A stretch of 64,000 nucleotides of DNA, taken from positions 224,001 to 288,000 of the forward strand of contig CAXXFK010000001.1 of the NCBI GenBank assembly GCA_963663965.2. Direction: 5' to 3'. Of the stretch, positions 1 to 10,585 are shown piece by piece. The notes under the pieces were generated by a model, which was not told the origin of the DNA, ran no database searches, and saw nothing but the letters and a program-made list of their open reading frames with translations. Source of the stretch: Sedimentisphaerales bacterium (GTDB lineage: Bacteria > Planctomycetota > Phycisphaerae > Sedimentisphaerales > SM23-30). A program made the position numbers and the translations under genes. Numbering within the stretch: the stretch's first letter is position 1; every line of letters begins with the position of its first letter.

Positions 1-1030
1 GTATGTGGTCTTTACGACGAAGCATCACAGCGGGTTTTGTATGTGGCCGACAGCGACGACGGATTTCTGTATCCGCAATACGCCCTGTGAACAGGATATC
101 GTGGGGCGTTATGTGCAGGCGTGCCGGGAGGCGGGATTGATGGTGGGATTTTATTTTTCGCCGGAAGATTTTTATTTTCTGCACGGCCAGGGGCAGGTGA
201 TCCGGCGGCGGGCGGATTATGCCAATATTTCGCAGAACAAAGCGCTATGGGAGTATGACAAAAAACAGCTGACCGAGCTGCTGACGCAATACGGGCCGAT
301 CGACGTGATTTTTCTGGATGGATTCGATAACGAGCCGGCGCGGCAATATGTCCATGAACTGCAACCGAAATGCCTGGTGACGCGCGGGGAGATGCATACG
401 CCGGAACAGAATATTCCGGACGCGCCGATGCCCGGGCCGTGGGAGGCGTGTTATACGCTGGGAACGCAATGGCAGTTTAAACCGACCAACGAAGATTACA
501 AATCGGGGACAAAATTGATCCAGATGCTGATCGAGATCCGGGCCAAGGGGGGGAACCTGCTGATCAACGCGGGGCCGGAACCGAACGGGCGGATCCCTTA
601 TGAGCAGGAATGCCGGTTTCGGGAGCTGGGATTGTGGATGTTTGTGAATGGTGAGGCGATCCATGATATCCGGCCCTGCCCGACGATCCGGGAGGGGGAT
701 CTGTGGTTTACGCGGTCGAAGGATGGCCAGGCGGTTTATGTGTTTATTACGGGGCAGGAGGACTGGACCCGGGGCAGCCGGCGGGAATTCGAGTTGAAAA
801 CGGTGCGGGCGACCGAGACGACGACCATTGCGGTACTGGGGCAGAACGACAAGGTGGTGGAATATCAGCCGGATCGGGACGCGACCTCACGGTTTAAACA
901 GCAGGAGGATACGCTGACGATTTCGGTAGTACGCGCCCAGCGGTTGTATAATGACCATCAATGGCCGAATCCGGTGGTGGTGAAGTTGACGAATGTGGAA
1001 TTTGTGAGTGAGGCACAGACGGTGGAATGA
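1..1030 (+). CDS. Alpha-L-fucosidase (GH29), 5' truncated by window edge
   Basis: TTKHHSGFCMWPT, ACREAGLMVGFYFS, GGNLLINAGP and WMFVNGEAI motifs typical of GH29. Confidence 0.9.
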   Translation, partial: YVVFTTKHHSGFCMWPTATTDFCIRNTPCEQDIVGRYVQACREAGLMVGFYFSPEDFYFLHGQGQVIRRRADYANISQNKALWEYDKKQLTELLTQYGPIDVIFLDGFDNEPARQYVHELQPKCLVTRGEMHTPEQNIPDAPMPGPWEACYTLGTQWQFKPTNEDYKSGTKLIQMLIEIRAKGGNLLINAGPEPNGRIPYEQECRFRELGLWMFVNGEAIHDIRPCPTIREGDLWFTRSKDGQAVYVFITGQEDWTRGSRREFELKTVRATETTTIAVLGQNDKVVEYQPDRDATSRFKQQEDTLTISVVRAQRLYNDHQWPNPVVVKLTNVEFVSEAQTVE

Positions 1031-1036
1031 GTTTAT

Positions 1037-1074
1037 TTCACGATAAATCGTGAACTCCATACGAACTCCATACG
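1037..1074. repeat. Hairpin plus 11-bp tandem duplication between convergent genes
   Basis: TTCACGAT-AA-ATCGTGAA (1037-1054), overlapped by GAACTCCATAC x2 (1052-1062, 1063-1073). Confidence 0.7.
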
Positions 1075-1078
1075 GGTG

Positions 1079-2254
1079 TCAGCGCTGGACGCGGGCCCAG
1101 GTGACCTTTTGGCGGCCGGTGAGGAATTTAAGGAAGCCGATGAAGATGGCGAAATTCATGGCGATAAAGTATTTGGGGACGGTGAGGAGTTTGGCGGCGC
1201 CGTGGAAGTCTGGCAGGAGGACACTGGCGAATCCGAAGCAGTAGAAGATGGCCTGGGCCAGCAGGGTACTGCCGTAGAAGGGTTGGCCGGCCAGGATGAT
1301 ATTGCTGGCGAGCATGGCCATGAGGAAGAACGGGACCAGCCAGCGGAGCAGTTTGTGGCTGAAGAAGGCGAAGCTGACGCGGCCGCAGAAGGGATTGAGG
1401 ATGCGCGGGACCAGCAGCAGGGACTGGAAGTTGCCGGCGCTGATGCGGATACGGCGGCGGAGTTCGCCGGACCAGCTGGCGAGCGTTTCGTAGGCAACGG
1501 CGTCTTCGACAAAGACGCAGCGGTGGCCTCGGGTCATGATTTTCATCCCGAGGACCTGGTCTTCGGTGACGGAATTAGCGGGGATGGGTTCGTAAAGTTT
1601 GCGGCGGATGGCGAAGATGCCGCCGTTGATGGTGGGAACGGCGCCGAGTTTGCTTTCCTGGCGTTTGAGGAAGTTTTCGTAGCGCCAGTACATGCCTTCG
1701 GGCCGGCAGGGATGGGATTCATCGGGTCCGGCGATCAGGTCGAGTTTGCCGATGGCGCAGCCGACAGATGGATCACGAAAGCCGCGGATCAGTTTGAGGA
1801 TAGCGTCGGTACGAAAAATGGTATTGGCGTCGGAAAAGATGACGATTTCGCCGTCGGCCATATCGATCATCCAGTTGAGCATCTGGACCTTGCCGCTACG
1901 GACCGGGACATGGATGGTCTTGAAGCGGGGATCGTCGATTTTCTGGAGGATGGGCCAGGTCTGGTCATCGGAACCGTCGGAACCAAAAATAAAGCGGAGT
2001 TTGTCGTGAGGATAATCAATGTTGCGGCAGTTGGCGATTTTTTCAGGCAGGACCTTTTCTTCGTTCCAGGCGCTGACGATCATGGTGACCCTGGGCAGGC
2101 CCTGTTCGGGCCAGGAAGCCATATCATCACTGTGATGATGACGCAATCGATTCAGCGCGGTCAGGAACAGGGGATAAAGAAAATAGGTATAGATTGTCGC
2201 TGACAGGCTCAGCCAGAAGAGGATTCGCCACAGTTCGCTTGTTGTCATGTTCAT
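1079..2254 (-). CDS. Glycosyltransferase family 2 (membrane, CESA/PgaC-like)
   Basis: SAWNEE, DGSDD, FSDAN (DxD-like), TED and RRRIRI motifs; N- and C-terminal TM helices. Confidence 0.9.
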   Translation of the reverse strand: MNMTTSELWRILFWLSLSATIYTYFLYPLFLTALNRLRHHHSDDMASWPEQGLPRVTMIVSAWNEEKVLPEKIANCRNIDYPHDKLRFIFGSDGSDDQTWPILQKIDDPRFKTIHVPVRSGKVQMLNWMIDMADGEIVIFSDANTIFRTDAILKLIRGFRDPSVGCAIGKLDLIAGPDESHPCRPEGMYWRYENFLKRQESKLGAVPTINGGIFAIRRKLYEPIPANSVTEDQVLGMKIMTRGHRCVFVEDAVAYETLASWSGELRRRIRISAGNFQSLLLVPRILNPFCGRVSFAFFSHKLLRWLVPFFLMAMLASNIILAGQPFYGSTLLAQAIFYCFGFASVLLPDFHGAAKLLTVPKYFIAMNFAIFIGFLKFLTGRQKVTWARVQR

Positions 2255-2343
2255 AGGTTCAACCTTAAAAGTAGCGGTTCCACCGCAATGTTCTCAATTC
2301 TCCAAAGATGTTATTAATCGCTAACGCATCACTCCCGATTCAA

Positions 2344-3306
2344 TCATTCAGAAGGAACGGCGGATGGTTTTTTACTGAGCGGTTTTCGACAATAGACTTC
2401 CAGATTACCGGGGATGCAACCGGTGGTTTTATAGACGGCGTTGAAAGCGGCGCCGCAGACTTTTTTCAAGTTGTCACGCATCGAGCCGGTCGATCCGAAT
2501 TCCATGGGAGTCAGGCGGAATTCCAGTGGTTCAAGGCCGGATTCGACGGCGAGTCGGCTGAAGGTTTTCTGGCTGAAAAAAAAGAGGTGCATGGCCGGAC
2601 CGAATGACCATTGGCGACAGCCGGGGATCATGTGGTAAACCGTGGCCTTGAATTTCTGCCAGTTGGCGGAAGGAAACCGCAAAGCCATCATGCCTCCCGG
2701 GCGCAGCCAGGAAACGCAACGCTGGAGAACCGCTTTGGGATCGGTAACGTGTTCGATCACATCAAACGCGGTAATCGCGTCAAAGCTATCGGGCGGCAGG
2801 TCGGTTTCTTCGATGGTTGACTGAAAGATTTCCAGGCCGAAATGGCGATGGGCGTAGGCAGCCGGCTGGGGCGCGGGCTCGATTCCGGCGACATTGAAGC
2901 CCTGCTGCTGAGCCAGTTTCATAAAATGCCCCCCCCCGCAACCGATATCCAGCAGCATGTGGCGATTTTCGGAACCATTGCCATGCAATAACGATTGCAG
3001 GTGTTCGAGCGCGGTCCGAAAGACCGGTTCTTTGGCCCGGGCATGGTCTTCGATATCCTGATCGGTGTAGTCTTCATCCAGCAGATAGACGGCATTGGCG
3101 TCACTCAGGCGGGGATTGGTATAGACCAGACCGCAATGGGAACAACGGACGACCTGGAACTCGAGTTCGGTATCGAAATAGGGCACCCGTTCCCGTTCAT
3201 AAACCTGCGGTTCATCATGGCCGCACAGGTTGCAGGGCACCTGTTCCCATTGAATAGGAGGCGCCGACTGGCTGTTTTTGTGATGCGTTGACAACGAGGT
3301 ATTCAT
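2344..3306 (-). CDS. Class I SAM-dependent methyltransferase with N-terminal zinc ribbon
   Basis: CNLC..CSHCGLVY, LLDIGCGGG, FDVIEHV. Confidence 0.88.
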   Translation of the reverse strand: MNTSLSTHHKNSQSAPPIQWEQVPCNLCGHDEPQVYERERVPYFDTELEFQVVRCSHCGLVYTNPRLSDANAVYLLDEDYTDQDIEDHARAKEPVFRTALEHLQSLLHGNGSENRHMLLDIGCGGGHFMKLAQQQGFNVAGIEPAPQPAAYAHRHFGLEIFQSTIEETDLPPDSFDAITAFDVIEHVTDPKAVLQRCVSWLRPGGMMALRFPSANWQKFKATVYHMIPGCRQWSFGPAMHLFFFSQKTFSRLAVESGLEPLEFRLTPMEFGSTGSMRDNLKKVCGAAFNAVYKTTGCIPGNLEVYCRKPLSKKPSAVPSE

Positions 3307-4766
3307 GACGCACGAACCACCAGGTGACGGGCCAGGTGCAGAAACGCCTTGACATTGCGGCGGGCCTCATGCACACTGGTCAGGGATTGGCCGATTTTTC
3401 GCATAACGTAATTGTTTCGCAGATAGAACACGCGTCGCGCCTGGTCACAGCCGTTCATGACTTCGCGGGCGCTGAGCTGGGGCATATCGATCACGCTGTT
3501 ATGCAGTCCTTTTTCGTTGAGCCAATGCTCAAAGTTGGAAGTATTCAAATAACCGTTATCCACGGCCCACTGATAGGTGAGGGTGCCGGGGTAGGCGATC
3601 ACCGGGAAAAACTGGGCGGTATCAGGATTAAGCTGGATGGCCAGATCGATGGTTTTCTGCATGGTCTGGGTCGTTTCGCCGGGATTGCCCAGTACGAAGC
3701 AGCCATGCACAATCAGGCCGGCCCGGCGGGCATTGGCCATAAAATCGAAAGAGGCCTCCACCTTGGTGCCTTTATGAATGGTATCGAGCAGGGTCTGATC
3801 GCCGCTTTCGAAGCCGACAATCAACAGTCGGCAACCGGCGGCTTTCATCAGCCGCATGGTTTCGTAATCGAGATCGACCCGGGTATCGCACCAGAACGGA
3901 ATCCGGTTGTCCTGGGCAATGAGCAGTTCGCAGATCCGGTGCAGGCGTTGTTTATCACCGGTAAAGAGATCATCTTCAATCCCGATTTCCCGGACCGAGG
4001 GCATATTTTCGCGAACCCAGGCGAATTCTCCGGCGACATTTTCGGGACTGCGCTGGCGATATTTGCCCCGGTGCATCACCTGGGGATAGAGGCACCACTG
4101 GCAGCGGAAGGGGCATCCGCGCGAGGTCATGGTCATGATCATGGGAAAACGTGCCGCGGCAAAAAAGTAGTTGTTGATATTCAGGAAATCGCGATAGATT
4201 TCACTGACAAAAGGCAGGCTGTCGAGATCTTCAATTAAGGGCTGATCGGGAGTGGTAATCAGTTCATCACCGCTGCGAAAGGTAATTCCCCGGACCTGAT
4301 CCCAGGGAGACCCGGTCTGGATTGCCTGGATTAATTCGACCAGGGTACGATCGTATTCACCCCGGGCAACGACATCAATCCGCATATCGGCGTTGAGTAC
4401 TTCACCCGGCAGCGCGGTGGCATGGGTCCCGGTCATGACAACAACACAATCGGGCCAGGCTTCCTTGATGGCTCCGGCCGTTTTGATATCTTCATAAATA
4501 CTGGGAGTCGTGGTTTCACAGACGATCAAGTTGGGTGAAGATCCGTTAGTCAGATAACGGATCAGATCGTCCTGATCCCACTTATGCGCGACGGCATCGA
4601 CCAGTTCGATATCCACCGAATCGGCCAGGCAGTCGCGCGCGTAACCGGCGGCATAGGCCAGCCAGATCGGGTAATAGATCGTTCCGCTGCGCGTGACGGC
4701 GGGAGACCGGCTGCAGCGCGAATAATCCTGTTTTTTGTAAGGTGCATTCAGATATATGGCTCTCAT
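3303..4766 (-). CDS. Cobalamin-binding radical SAM protein (HpnJ-like architecture)
   Basis: TSRGCPFRCQWC (CxxxCxxC) and an N-terminal B12-binding-like domain (GTHATALP, VARGEYD). Start re-set to ATG 4766 behind an AAAGGA SD. Confidence 0.85.
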   Translation of the reverse strand: MRAIYLNAPYKKQDYSRCSRSPAVTRSGTIYYPIWLAYAAGYARDCLADSVDIELVDAVAHKWDQDDLIRYLTNGSSPNLIVCETTTPSIYEDIKTAGAIKEAWPDCVVVMTGTHATALPGEVLNADMRIDVVARGEYDRTLVELIQAIQTGSPWDQVRGITFRSGDELITTPDQPLIEDLDSLPFVSEIYRDFLNINNYFFAAARFPMIMTMTSRGCPFRCQWCLYPQVMHRGKYRQRSPENVAGEFAWVRENMPSVREIGIEDDLFTGDKQRLHRICELLIAQDNRIPFWCDTRVDLDYETMRLMKAAGCRLLIVGFESGDQTLLDTIHKGTKVEASFDFMANARRAGLIVHGCFVLGNPGETTQTMQKTIDLAIQLNPDTAQFFPVIAYPGTLTYQWAVDNGYLNTSNFEHWLNEKGLHNSVIDMPQLSAREVMNGCDQARRVFYLRNNYVMRKIGQSLTSVHEARRNVKAFLHLARHLVVRAS

Positions 4767-4791
4767 GGTTTTGTTCCTTTGACGGCATCCA

Positions 4792-6225
4792 TCAGGCAGT
4801 GGCCGGTTTGACTGGCGGGGTTTCCAGCGGCGGGGTCCACCCCCCCTGCCACCAGGGTATCCATAACGCCGGCGCCACCGGCCGGGCCCAGGCACGACTG
4901 CCCGCCACCAGCATACCCAGTATAAACCAGTAATTTAAACCACCGCCGGGCAGGAAATAGGTATTGTTAGCCAGCCAGATAATGAACTGGCCCATCAGCC
5001 CGATCGTACCACCGAGTAAGATCGCCTTGACGCGCGGATTATCGATCGTTCGGACATTTTTAAAGATGTACCAGAACAGCGATAACAGCAGTACAATAAA
5101 ACTCAAAAGTCCCAATGGTCCCAGGCGGCAAAGAATATTCATCCAGTAGGAATTATAGCCGGCCCATACGGTATTGGCAGACTGGATACGGAACGCCCAT
5201 TCCGCGCCGTTGGGATACACCGTGACCATACGCCCGAATCCGCTGCCGAACGGAATAATCTGCATGAGTTGCATAACAATCGCGGGATATTGAAAACGCG
5301 GATCACCGGCAACCCGGGCAAACTTGGGATTAACCGAAACCAGCAGGGTATCCATGACCCCTTGACCGGTCATCACCAACGCCAGCAATAAAACCGGTAT
5401 TGCCAGCAACAACCATCGATTGCGGATACTCAGCAGGATGATTCCCGAGAGAATGAGGCATATCCAGCCGGCACGCGATCCGGTTGCGATAATACAAATT
5501 GTATTCAAGATCAGCAGGGTAAAGCCGATCAGGCGGGTTTTGAAGTCAACGCCCTTCCAGACACTTAACGCCAGAGCGATCGAGCCAAAAACGATCATCT
5601 GTCCGGCCAGTACATTGGGATCACCGTAGGAGGACAGGACCCGGCGGCCGGCAGCCGTATCGACCTGGAGGTAAGACAGCGCCAGATCGGTATTGGAATT
5701 GTAGGTCAGGCCCCGGACCAGAATATGATCGCCCCAATAGATCTGGGCAATGCCATAAACGCTCACCACAGCCGAAGCCAGCAGAAACAGATACATAAAG
5801 GAATCGAAATGATGTTTCTGATCGAAAGATTCGTTGACATAAAAGAAGATGCCAATGGTAAACAGGTAGAAAAAGGTTTCGAGCAGGGCCAGTTGGAACC
5901 CCCCGCCGGAACTCAGGCCGATGACCAGCCCGACGCAGGCAATGGCAGTATAGACCAGGAAAAATTTGCCATAAAATTGATGGCTGCCCCGATGCTGACG
6001 TTTATGGAAAATCAGCCAGTAAAGAATCGCCAGGCAGGCAATGATATGCGCCGCCGGCAAAGGCAGATTCATACTTTTAACGACGATACCGGCGCGCGGG
6101 AATACGAAAAAGAGGGTAGTCATGACCGATAACCAGACCATCAGATTACGGCCCGGATGCAGTACGTGCACCAATCCTACAATCGCCAGCACTCCCAGAA
6201 TCAGAATGATCCAATCAATTACCAT
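4792..6225 (-). CDS. O-antigen ligase / polysaccharide polymerase family membrane protein
   Basis: Multi-TM protein with RVLSSYGDPNVLA, TGSRAGW and PFGSGFG motifs. Confidence 0.8.
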   Translation of the reverse strand: MVIDWIILILGVLAIVGLVHVLHPGRNLMVWLSVMTTLFFVFPRAGIVVKSMNLPLPAAHIIACLAILYWLIFHKRQHRGSHQFYGKFFLVYTAIACVGLVIGLSSGGGFQLALLETFFYLFTIGIFFYVNESFDQKHHFDSFMYLFLLASAVVSVYGIAQIYWGDHILVRGLTYNSNTDLALSYLQVDTAAGRRVLSSYGDPNVLAGQMIVFGSIALALSVWKGVDFKTRLIGFTLLILNTICIIATGSRAGWICLILSGIILLSIRNRWLLLAIPVLLLALVMTGQGVMDTLLVSVNPKFARVAGDPRFQYPAIVMQLMQIIPFGSGFGRMVTVYPNGAEWAFRIQSANTVWAGYNSYWMNILCRLGPLGLLSFIVLLLSLFWYIFKNVRTIDNPRVKAILLGGTIGLMGQFIIWLANNTYFLPGGGLNYWFILGMLVAGSRAWARPVAPALWIPWWQGGWTPPLETPPVKPATA

Positions 6226-6579
6226 TTTCTTAACAACTCATTTATTTGTTGCAGTCCATATAGTTTAACAGGTCACGTCATCTTCACTATCGGTCAGTCC
6301 AGTGGGTGGTTGCAGTGGATTTCTAAAATTCCAGGAGCAAATTCCAAGTTAAAAGAAACCTGTTTCCGGATGGAGTCTGCTTATAGGACGTCGGCGTTGT
6401 TCAGCGGCCTTCAAAATGGGGATTTTGATACTATAAACTTAAAAAACAGTTATCGGCCGCGACTAGAAATGGCTTCGCCGGATAGGATAATTTTTAATTA
6501 AATATCGAATTCAGCGGGAATTCGGGCCGATAAAATCAGTAAACTTGATCGTTTATAACGAATACAGGGATTATCAGTA

Positions 6580-8007
6580 ATGTCATTTGCCTCGCTCGAC
6601 TTCATCATCTTTATTCTGTTATTCTTCATTGCCTGGCCGCATTTGAAGAAACACCGACAGTCTCGGTGGGCGTATCTGACGCTAGCCTCTTTTGTCTTCT
6701 ATGGCTGGTGGGACTGGCGGTTTCTTTTTTTGATAGTGATCAGCGGATTAATTGATTTTTGCGCGGCCCTGGCCATCCGCCGCTGGTATCGCTATCGCAA
6801 AGCCTGGCTGCTGGCGTCACTGGGAGGGAACCTGGGGATATTATTCGCTTTTAAATATCTTGATTTCATCCTGACCAGCCTGCAATCGCTGGCAACTTAT
6901 CTGGGACTACCAATCCATATTGGAACCGTGGGGTGGATCTTACCGGTTGGCATCAGTTTTTATACCTTCCAGTCCATGAGTTATACCATCGATGTTTACC
7001 AGGGGCGCCTGCGACCCACCCGGAATCTGCTGCATTTCTTTGCGTACCTGTCGATGTTTCCGCAACTGGTCGCGGGTCCAATCGTCCGCGCCCGGGACAT
7101 CCTCGATCAACTGCGCGAGCAGCCCCGCACCAGTGAAGCCATCCGGTTCGACGGTTTTCAGCTGATAGTCATGGGCTATTTTAAAAAGGTGGTGATCGCG
7201 GATAATATCGCCCCGATTGTCAATAGCGCCTTCAACGCTACCCACCGCGCGGAGTGTCTGTTCTGGTGGACCATGATCCTGCTGTTCGCGATACAGATCT
7301 ATTGCGATTTCAGCGGCTACAGCGATATCGCCATGGGACTGGCGCTCTGGATGGGTTATCAATTCAAGCCAAACTTCAATCATCCCTATATCTCCGGCAG
7401 TTTCAGTGAATTCTGGACCCGCTGGCATATTTCGCTGTCCAGCTGGTTTCGGGACTATGTGTATATTCCGCTGGGCGGCAACCGTCATGGGACCTGGCAA
7501 ACGCATCGTAACCTGTGGATTGCCATGCTGCTGTCTGGGTTGTGGCATGGAGCGGCCTGGAATTATGTGATCTGGGGTGGGATGCATGCCGCGCTGTTGA
7601 GTTTCGAAAAGGTAACTCACTGGCCCGAGCGGTTAAAGAAACTACCGGGTGGAACCACCTTAAGCATCATACTGGTATTCGCGACAACATTAATTACCTG
7701 GGTTTGCTTTCGAGCCCAGAGTTTTGAACAATGTCTGGCCATCCTGAAATCGATGTTCGCTTTTAATACTATCGAACACTGGAATATCACGTATTATACC
7801 ACACGTCGCAGCCTGGTACTGACTGTCCTGTTACTGGCGCGACACGCCTGGTTTTTGCCTGTGGCAGTCAGCGGCCGGCAACGGTTACCCGAATTGAATC
7901 TGGGGGGTCTGGCCTGGTCGGGAAGACTGGCCTGGACCAGCTTTATTCTATTTACCTGTATTATATTACGAGGACCCGGTAGTGCGTTTATTTATTTTCA
8001 ATTTTAG
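6580..8007 (+). CDS. MBOAT family O-acyltransferase (AlgI/DltB-like)
   Basis: LPVGISFYTFQ, FPQLVAGPI, DFSGYSD, WHISLSSWFRDY, LWHGA; C-terminal FIYFQF. Confidence 0.93.
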   Translation: MSFASLDFIIFILLFFIAWPHLKKHRQSRWAYLTLASFVFYGWWDWRFLFLIVISGLIDFCAALAIRRWYRYRKAWLLASLGGNLGILFAFKYLDFILTSLQSLATYLGLPIHIGTVGWILPVGISFYTFQSMSYTIDVYQGRLRPTRNLLHFFAYLSMFPQLVAGPIVRARDILDQLREQPRTSEAIRFDGFQLIVMGYFKKVVIADNIAPIVNSAFNATHRAECLFWWTMILLFAIQIYCDFSGYSDIAMGLALWMGYQFKPNFNHPYISGSFSEFWTRWHISLSSWFRDYVYIPLGGNRHGTWQTHRNLWIAMLLSGLWHGAAWNYVIWGGMHAALLSFEKVTHWPERLKKLPGGTTLSIILVFATTLITWVCFRAQSFEQCLAILKSMFAFNTIEHWNITYYTTRRSLVLTVLLLARHAWFLPVAVSGRQRLPELNLGGLAWSGRLAWTSFILFTCIILRGPGSAFIYFQF

Positions 8008-8041
8008 ACCGCTTAGCATTACGAATTTGACTATTTGAACC

Positions 8042-9058
8042 ATGAACTCAGATATGACGGTCACACCATTAAAAAACAAATTGGATGGTTCCATCACCGA
8101 AAACGACAAGCGCGCTGACCTGGTTGAACAGGCCATTCAATATCCCATTAACCATACTCGGCGGGAAATCCGGTCAAGTGTTCAGACCTTACCGGCGATT
8201 CTGAAAGAAAGAACCATTCTGGTTGTAGCAGGGGCATTATGTCTGTTAACGGTTTTCAATCTGATCCGAGGCAGCCGGGGGGTGTCTTATTATCAGTATC
8301 AAGCCATTCGCAACCGCTGGCAGGGAGTTGCGGATATTGTATTTGCCGGTGATTCCAGAACCCAGTTTTCAGTCTGCCCCCAGGCGGTGCAACAGGGTAT
8401 CACCGCGCGTGCCCTGAATTACGCCTGTGGCGGATTGCAATACAATAGCGCCTATTTTGATAGGCTGCGCCGTATTGTCGACCCCCATTCCTCCATGCGC
8501 CAGATTGTTTTTGGGATTACTCCGGTAAATTTTTTCGCGCAAGAGATGATAGAAGAAGACGCGCCGGTTGCTACTTCACGGATGGAACCCATGCTACATC
8601 GGATCATGCCGGCCTTATTTGAGCTGACCAATCCATTTTTCGCGGCGAAAAACATCTTCCATCCCGATGGCTGGGTGTACAGTCTGGAAAATACCGAAAC
8701 CTTAAGTGGCGTGACCTATTATCGAGATTTTTTATACGCTCACAATCAGGTCTCACAAGCGAAAATCAATCTGTTTCTGGATGAGATTCGCCAAATGGTT
8801 CAAGAGGGGTATCATCCCTGCGCCTATCGCGCGCCGGCATCGGATGAACTTTTCGAGGTCGATACCCGATACAGTGGTTTTAATTATGCCCTTTTCCGGC
8901 AACAGTTTATCGAAGCCGGGGGTCGGTGGCTGGAAGCGCCTCAATCGAGATGGAAAACCATTGACGGCATTCATATGCAAAAAGAGTCGGCAGAATCTTT
9001 TTCCAGGGAATTGGGAAAAATACTGGCTGATCAAGCAACGGACGAAAGATATAACTGA
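8042..9058 (+). CDS. SGNH-like periplasmic acyltransferase partner (AlgJ/DltD-like)
   Basis: Single TM, GDSR and DGIH motifs, directly after the MBOAT gene. Confidence 0.6.
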   Translation: MNSDMTVTPLKNKLDGSITENDKRADLVEQAIQYPINHTRREIRSSVQTLPAILKERTILVVAGALCLLTVFNLIRGSRGVSYYQYQAIRNRWQGVADIVFAGDSRTQFSVCPQAVQQGITARALNYACGGLQYNSAYFDRLRRIVDPHSSMRQIVFGITPVNFFAQEMIEEDAPVATSRMEPMLHRIMPALFELTNPFFAAKNIFHPDGWVYSLENTETLSGVTYYRDFLYAHNQVSQAKINLFLDEIRQMVQEGYHPCAYRAPASDELFEVDTRYSGFNYALFRQQFIEAGGRWLEAPQSRWKTIDGIHMQKESAESFSRELGKILADQATDERYN

Positions 9059-9177
9059 TTGTTATAACGCCTTTTATCAATTATACGATTTTGTTCAGGA
9101 TTCCTTCTGTATCTTCGCCAGCCTTTTGAAGGCAAGCCGGTTAAGATTGTTCCGGTCTATTACCGATAACTAAAACT

Positions 9178-10167
9178 ATGAAGAATCCATATTTAACCCG
9201 TACGCGTCCCTATCCATTAAAGATGATTGTGGATATCCATTCCTATTGTAACGCGCGCTGTACCATGTGTCCCTATCCCAGGTATGCCCGGATTCAGGAA
9301 CAGGGCGTGATGGCCTGGGATGATTATCGGACGATCATTGACGATCTGGGTATACTGGCTGAGATATACGGCTATACCCCGCTATTGACGTATTGTTATA
9401 TGGGGGAGCCATTCCTGGCGGAAGACCTGGGACGTTATATCCATTATGCCCGTCAGAAAAAGATCAAGGTCTATCTCAATACCAACGCGTCGCCGATGAC
9501 TCCGGCGAAAGTGGATAATCTGCTGAAAAGCGGCTTTGACGGGAAGATCCATATCAGTGTGCATGGCGCGACGCCATCCACCTATGAACGGATCACCGGT
9601 CTCAACTATGAACAGACGTTACATCATATCCAGTATTTATTAAGCAAATATGATCGGGGCAAGGTGGTTATCCGGGGTGTCAATGACGGCTGGCCGGTGG
9701 AGGAAGTGACCCGCTGGCATGAGATCTGGGAGCCCAAAGGGGTCCAGGTGGAATATCTCAAGCCGATCAGCCGCTGTGGTTCGGTTAAACGTTTGTTTCA
9801 TGGGGCATCCGATGCCCAGGGAGCAATTCGTCTGTATGGCTGTAAATTTAATCATCCTTTGGTGGAAATGGTGGTCTTGTTCAACGGTCAGGCCGTAATG
9901 TGCTGTCAGGATATGGGGCGGGAAGTAAACTGGGGTAATGTTCTGGTCGATGGCATCGAAGCGGTCTGGAACGGCCCAATCCGCCGCCGGCTGGTGGAGA
10001 AACTGTATAACGGCGAGTTGATCGAAGGGGATTTTATCTGTCGCCGGTGCGAGCAGGCCCTTCACCTGGCAGGTATGGTACAAAATATTTTCAGCGATTC
10101 CATGCGTAAAACCGGTCAGATTGCCCGTCGCACGGTTAGATCTCTGGTCAATCACAACCCTGAGTAA
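9178..10167 (+). CDS. Radical SAM/SPASM-Twitch domain protein
   Basis: CNARCTMC, GEP, C-terminal C..CCQD..CRRC. Confidence 0.88.
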   Translation: MKNPYLTRTRPYPLKMIVDIHSYCNARCTMCPYPRYARIQEQGVMAWDDYRTIIDDLGILAEIYGYTPLLTYCYMGEPFLAEDLGRYIHYARQKKIKVYLNTNASPMTPAKVDNLLKSGFDGKIHISVHGATPSTYERITGLNYEQTLHHIQYLLSKYDRGKVVIRGVNDGWPVEEVTRWHEIWEPKGVQVEYLKPISRCGSVKRLFHGASDAQGAIRLYGCKFNHPLVEMVVLFNGQAVMCCQDMGREVNWGNVLVDGIEAVWNGPIRRRLVEKLYNGELIEGDFICRRCEQALHLAGMVQNIFSDSMRKTGQIARRTVRSLVNHNPE

Positions 10168-10585
10168 CACTACATTGTCTTTAGCGGCCGCGCCAGTCTC
10201 TTACTTACGAGGCGGTGTATAAACCCGATTGAAATGCCATAGATAACTATCCGGATACATTCTGAAAATATCAAAAACCAACTGTGTCTGAAAATCGAAA
10301 CCGGTCTCGACGATATGATATTAATACGGCTGATTTCCTGATTGTCAAAATAATTATACTTTAAATATCGTCTTTGAGTTTTAACCGGCTAATTTACCAA
10401 ATATTTTTTGAGACCGGGCTTACCCACACCCGGCAACCGTATTTATTGTTATGGTAACTGCCAGGCAATAAGTTAAGACATAGCATTTAATCATGTTATG
10501 AACAAATCAAGTTGGTTGGTTTCTAATTGAAAGCTAATGAGCTTATGCTATTTTTTGCATAGCAATCAGGTAAAATGTAATGTGG

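Noticed and set aside
1076..2203. 375-aa + strand ORF, acidic and Gly/Ala-rich
   Set aside because: Antisense shadow of the GT2 gene; biased codon usage on the real strand removes stops.
3324..4238. 304-aa + strand ORF
   Set aside because: Antisense to the B12-radical SAM gene; no motifs.
4767..4895. Arg/Gly-rich N-terminal extension of the radical SAM ORF
   Set aside because: Overlaps the upstream gene; a better SD and ATG lie at 4766.
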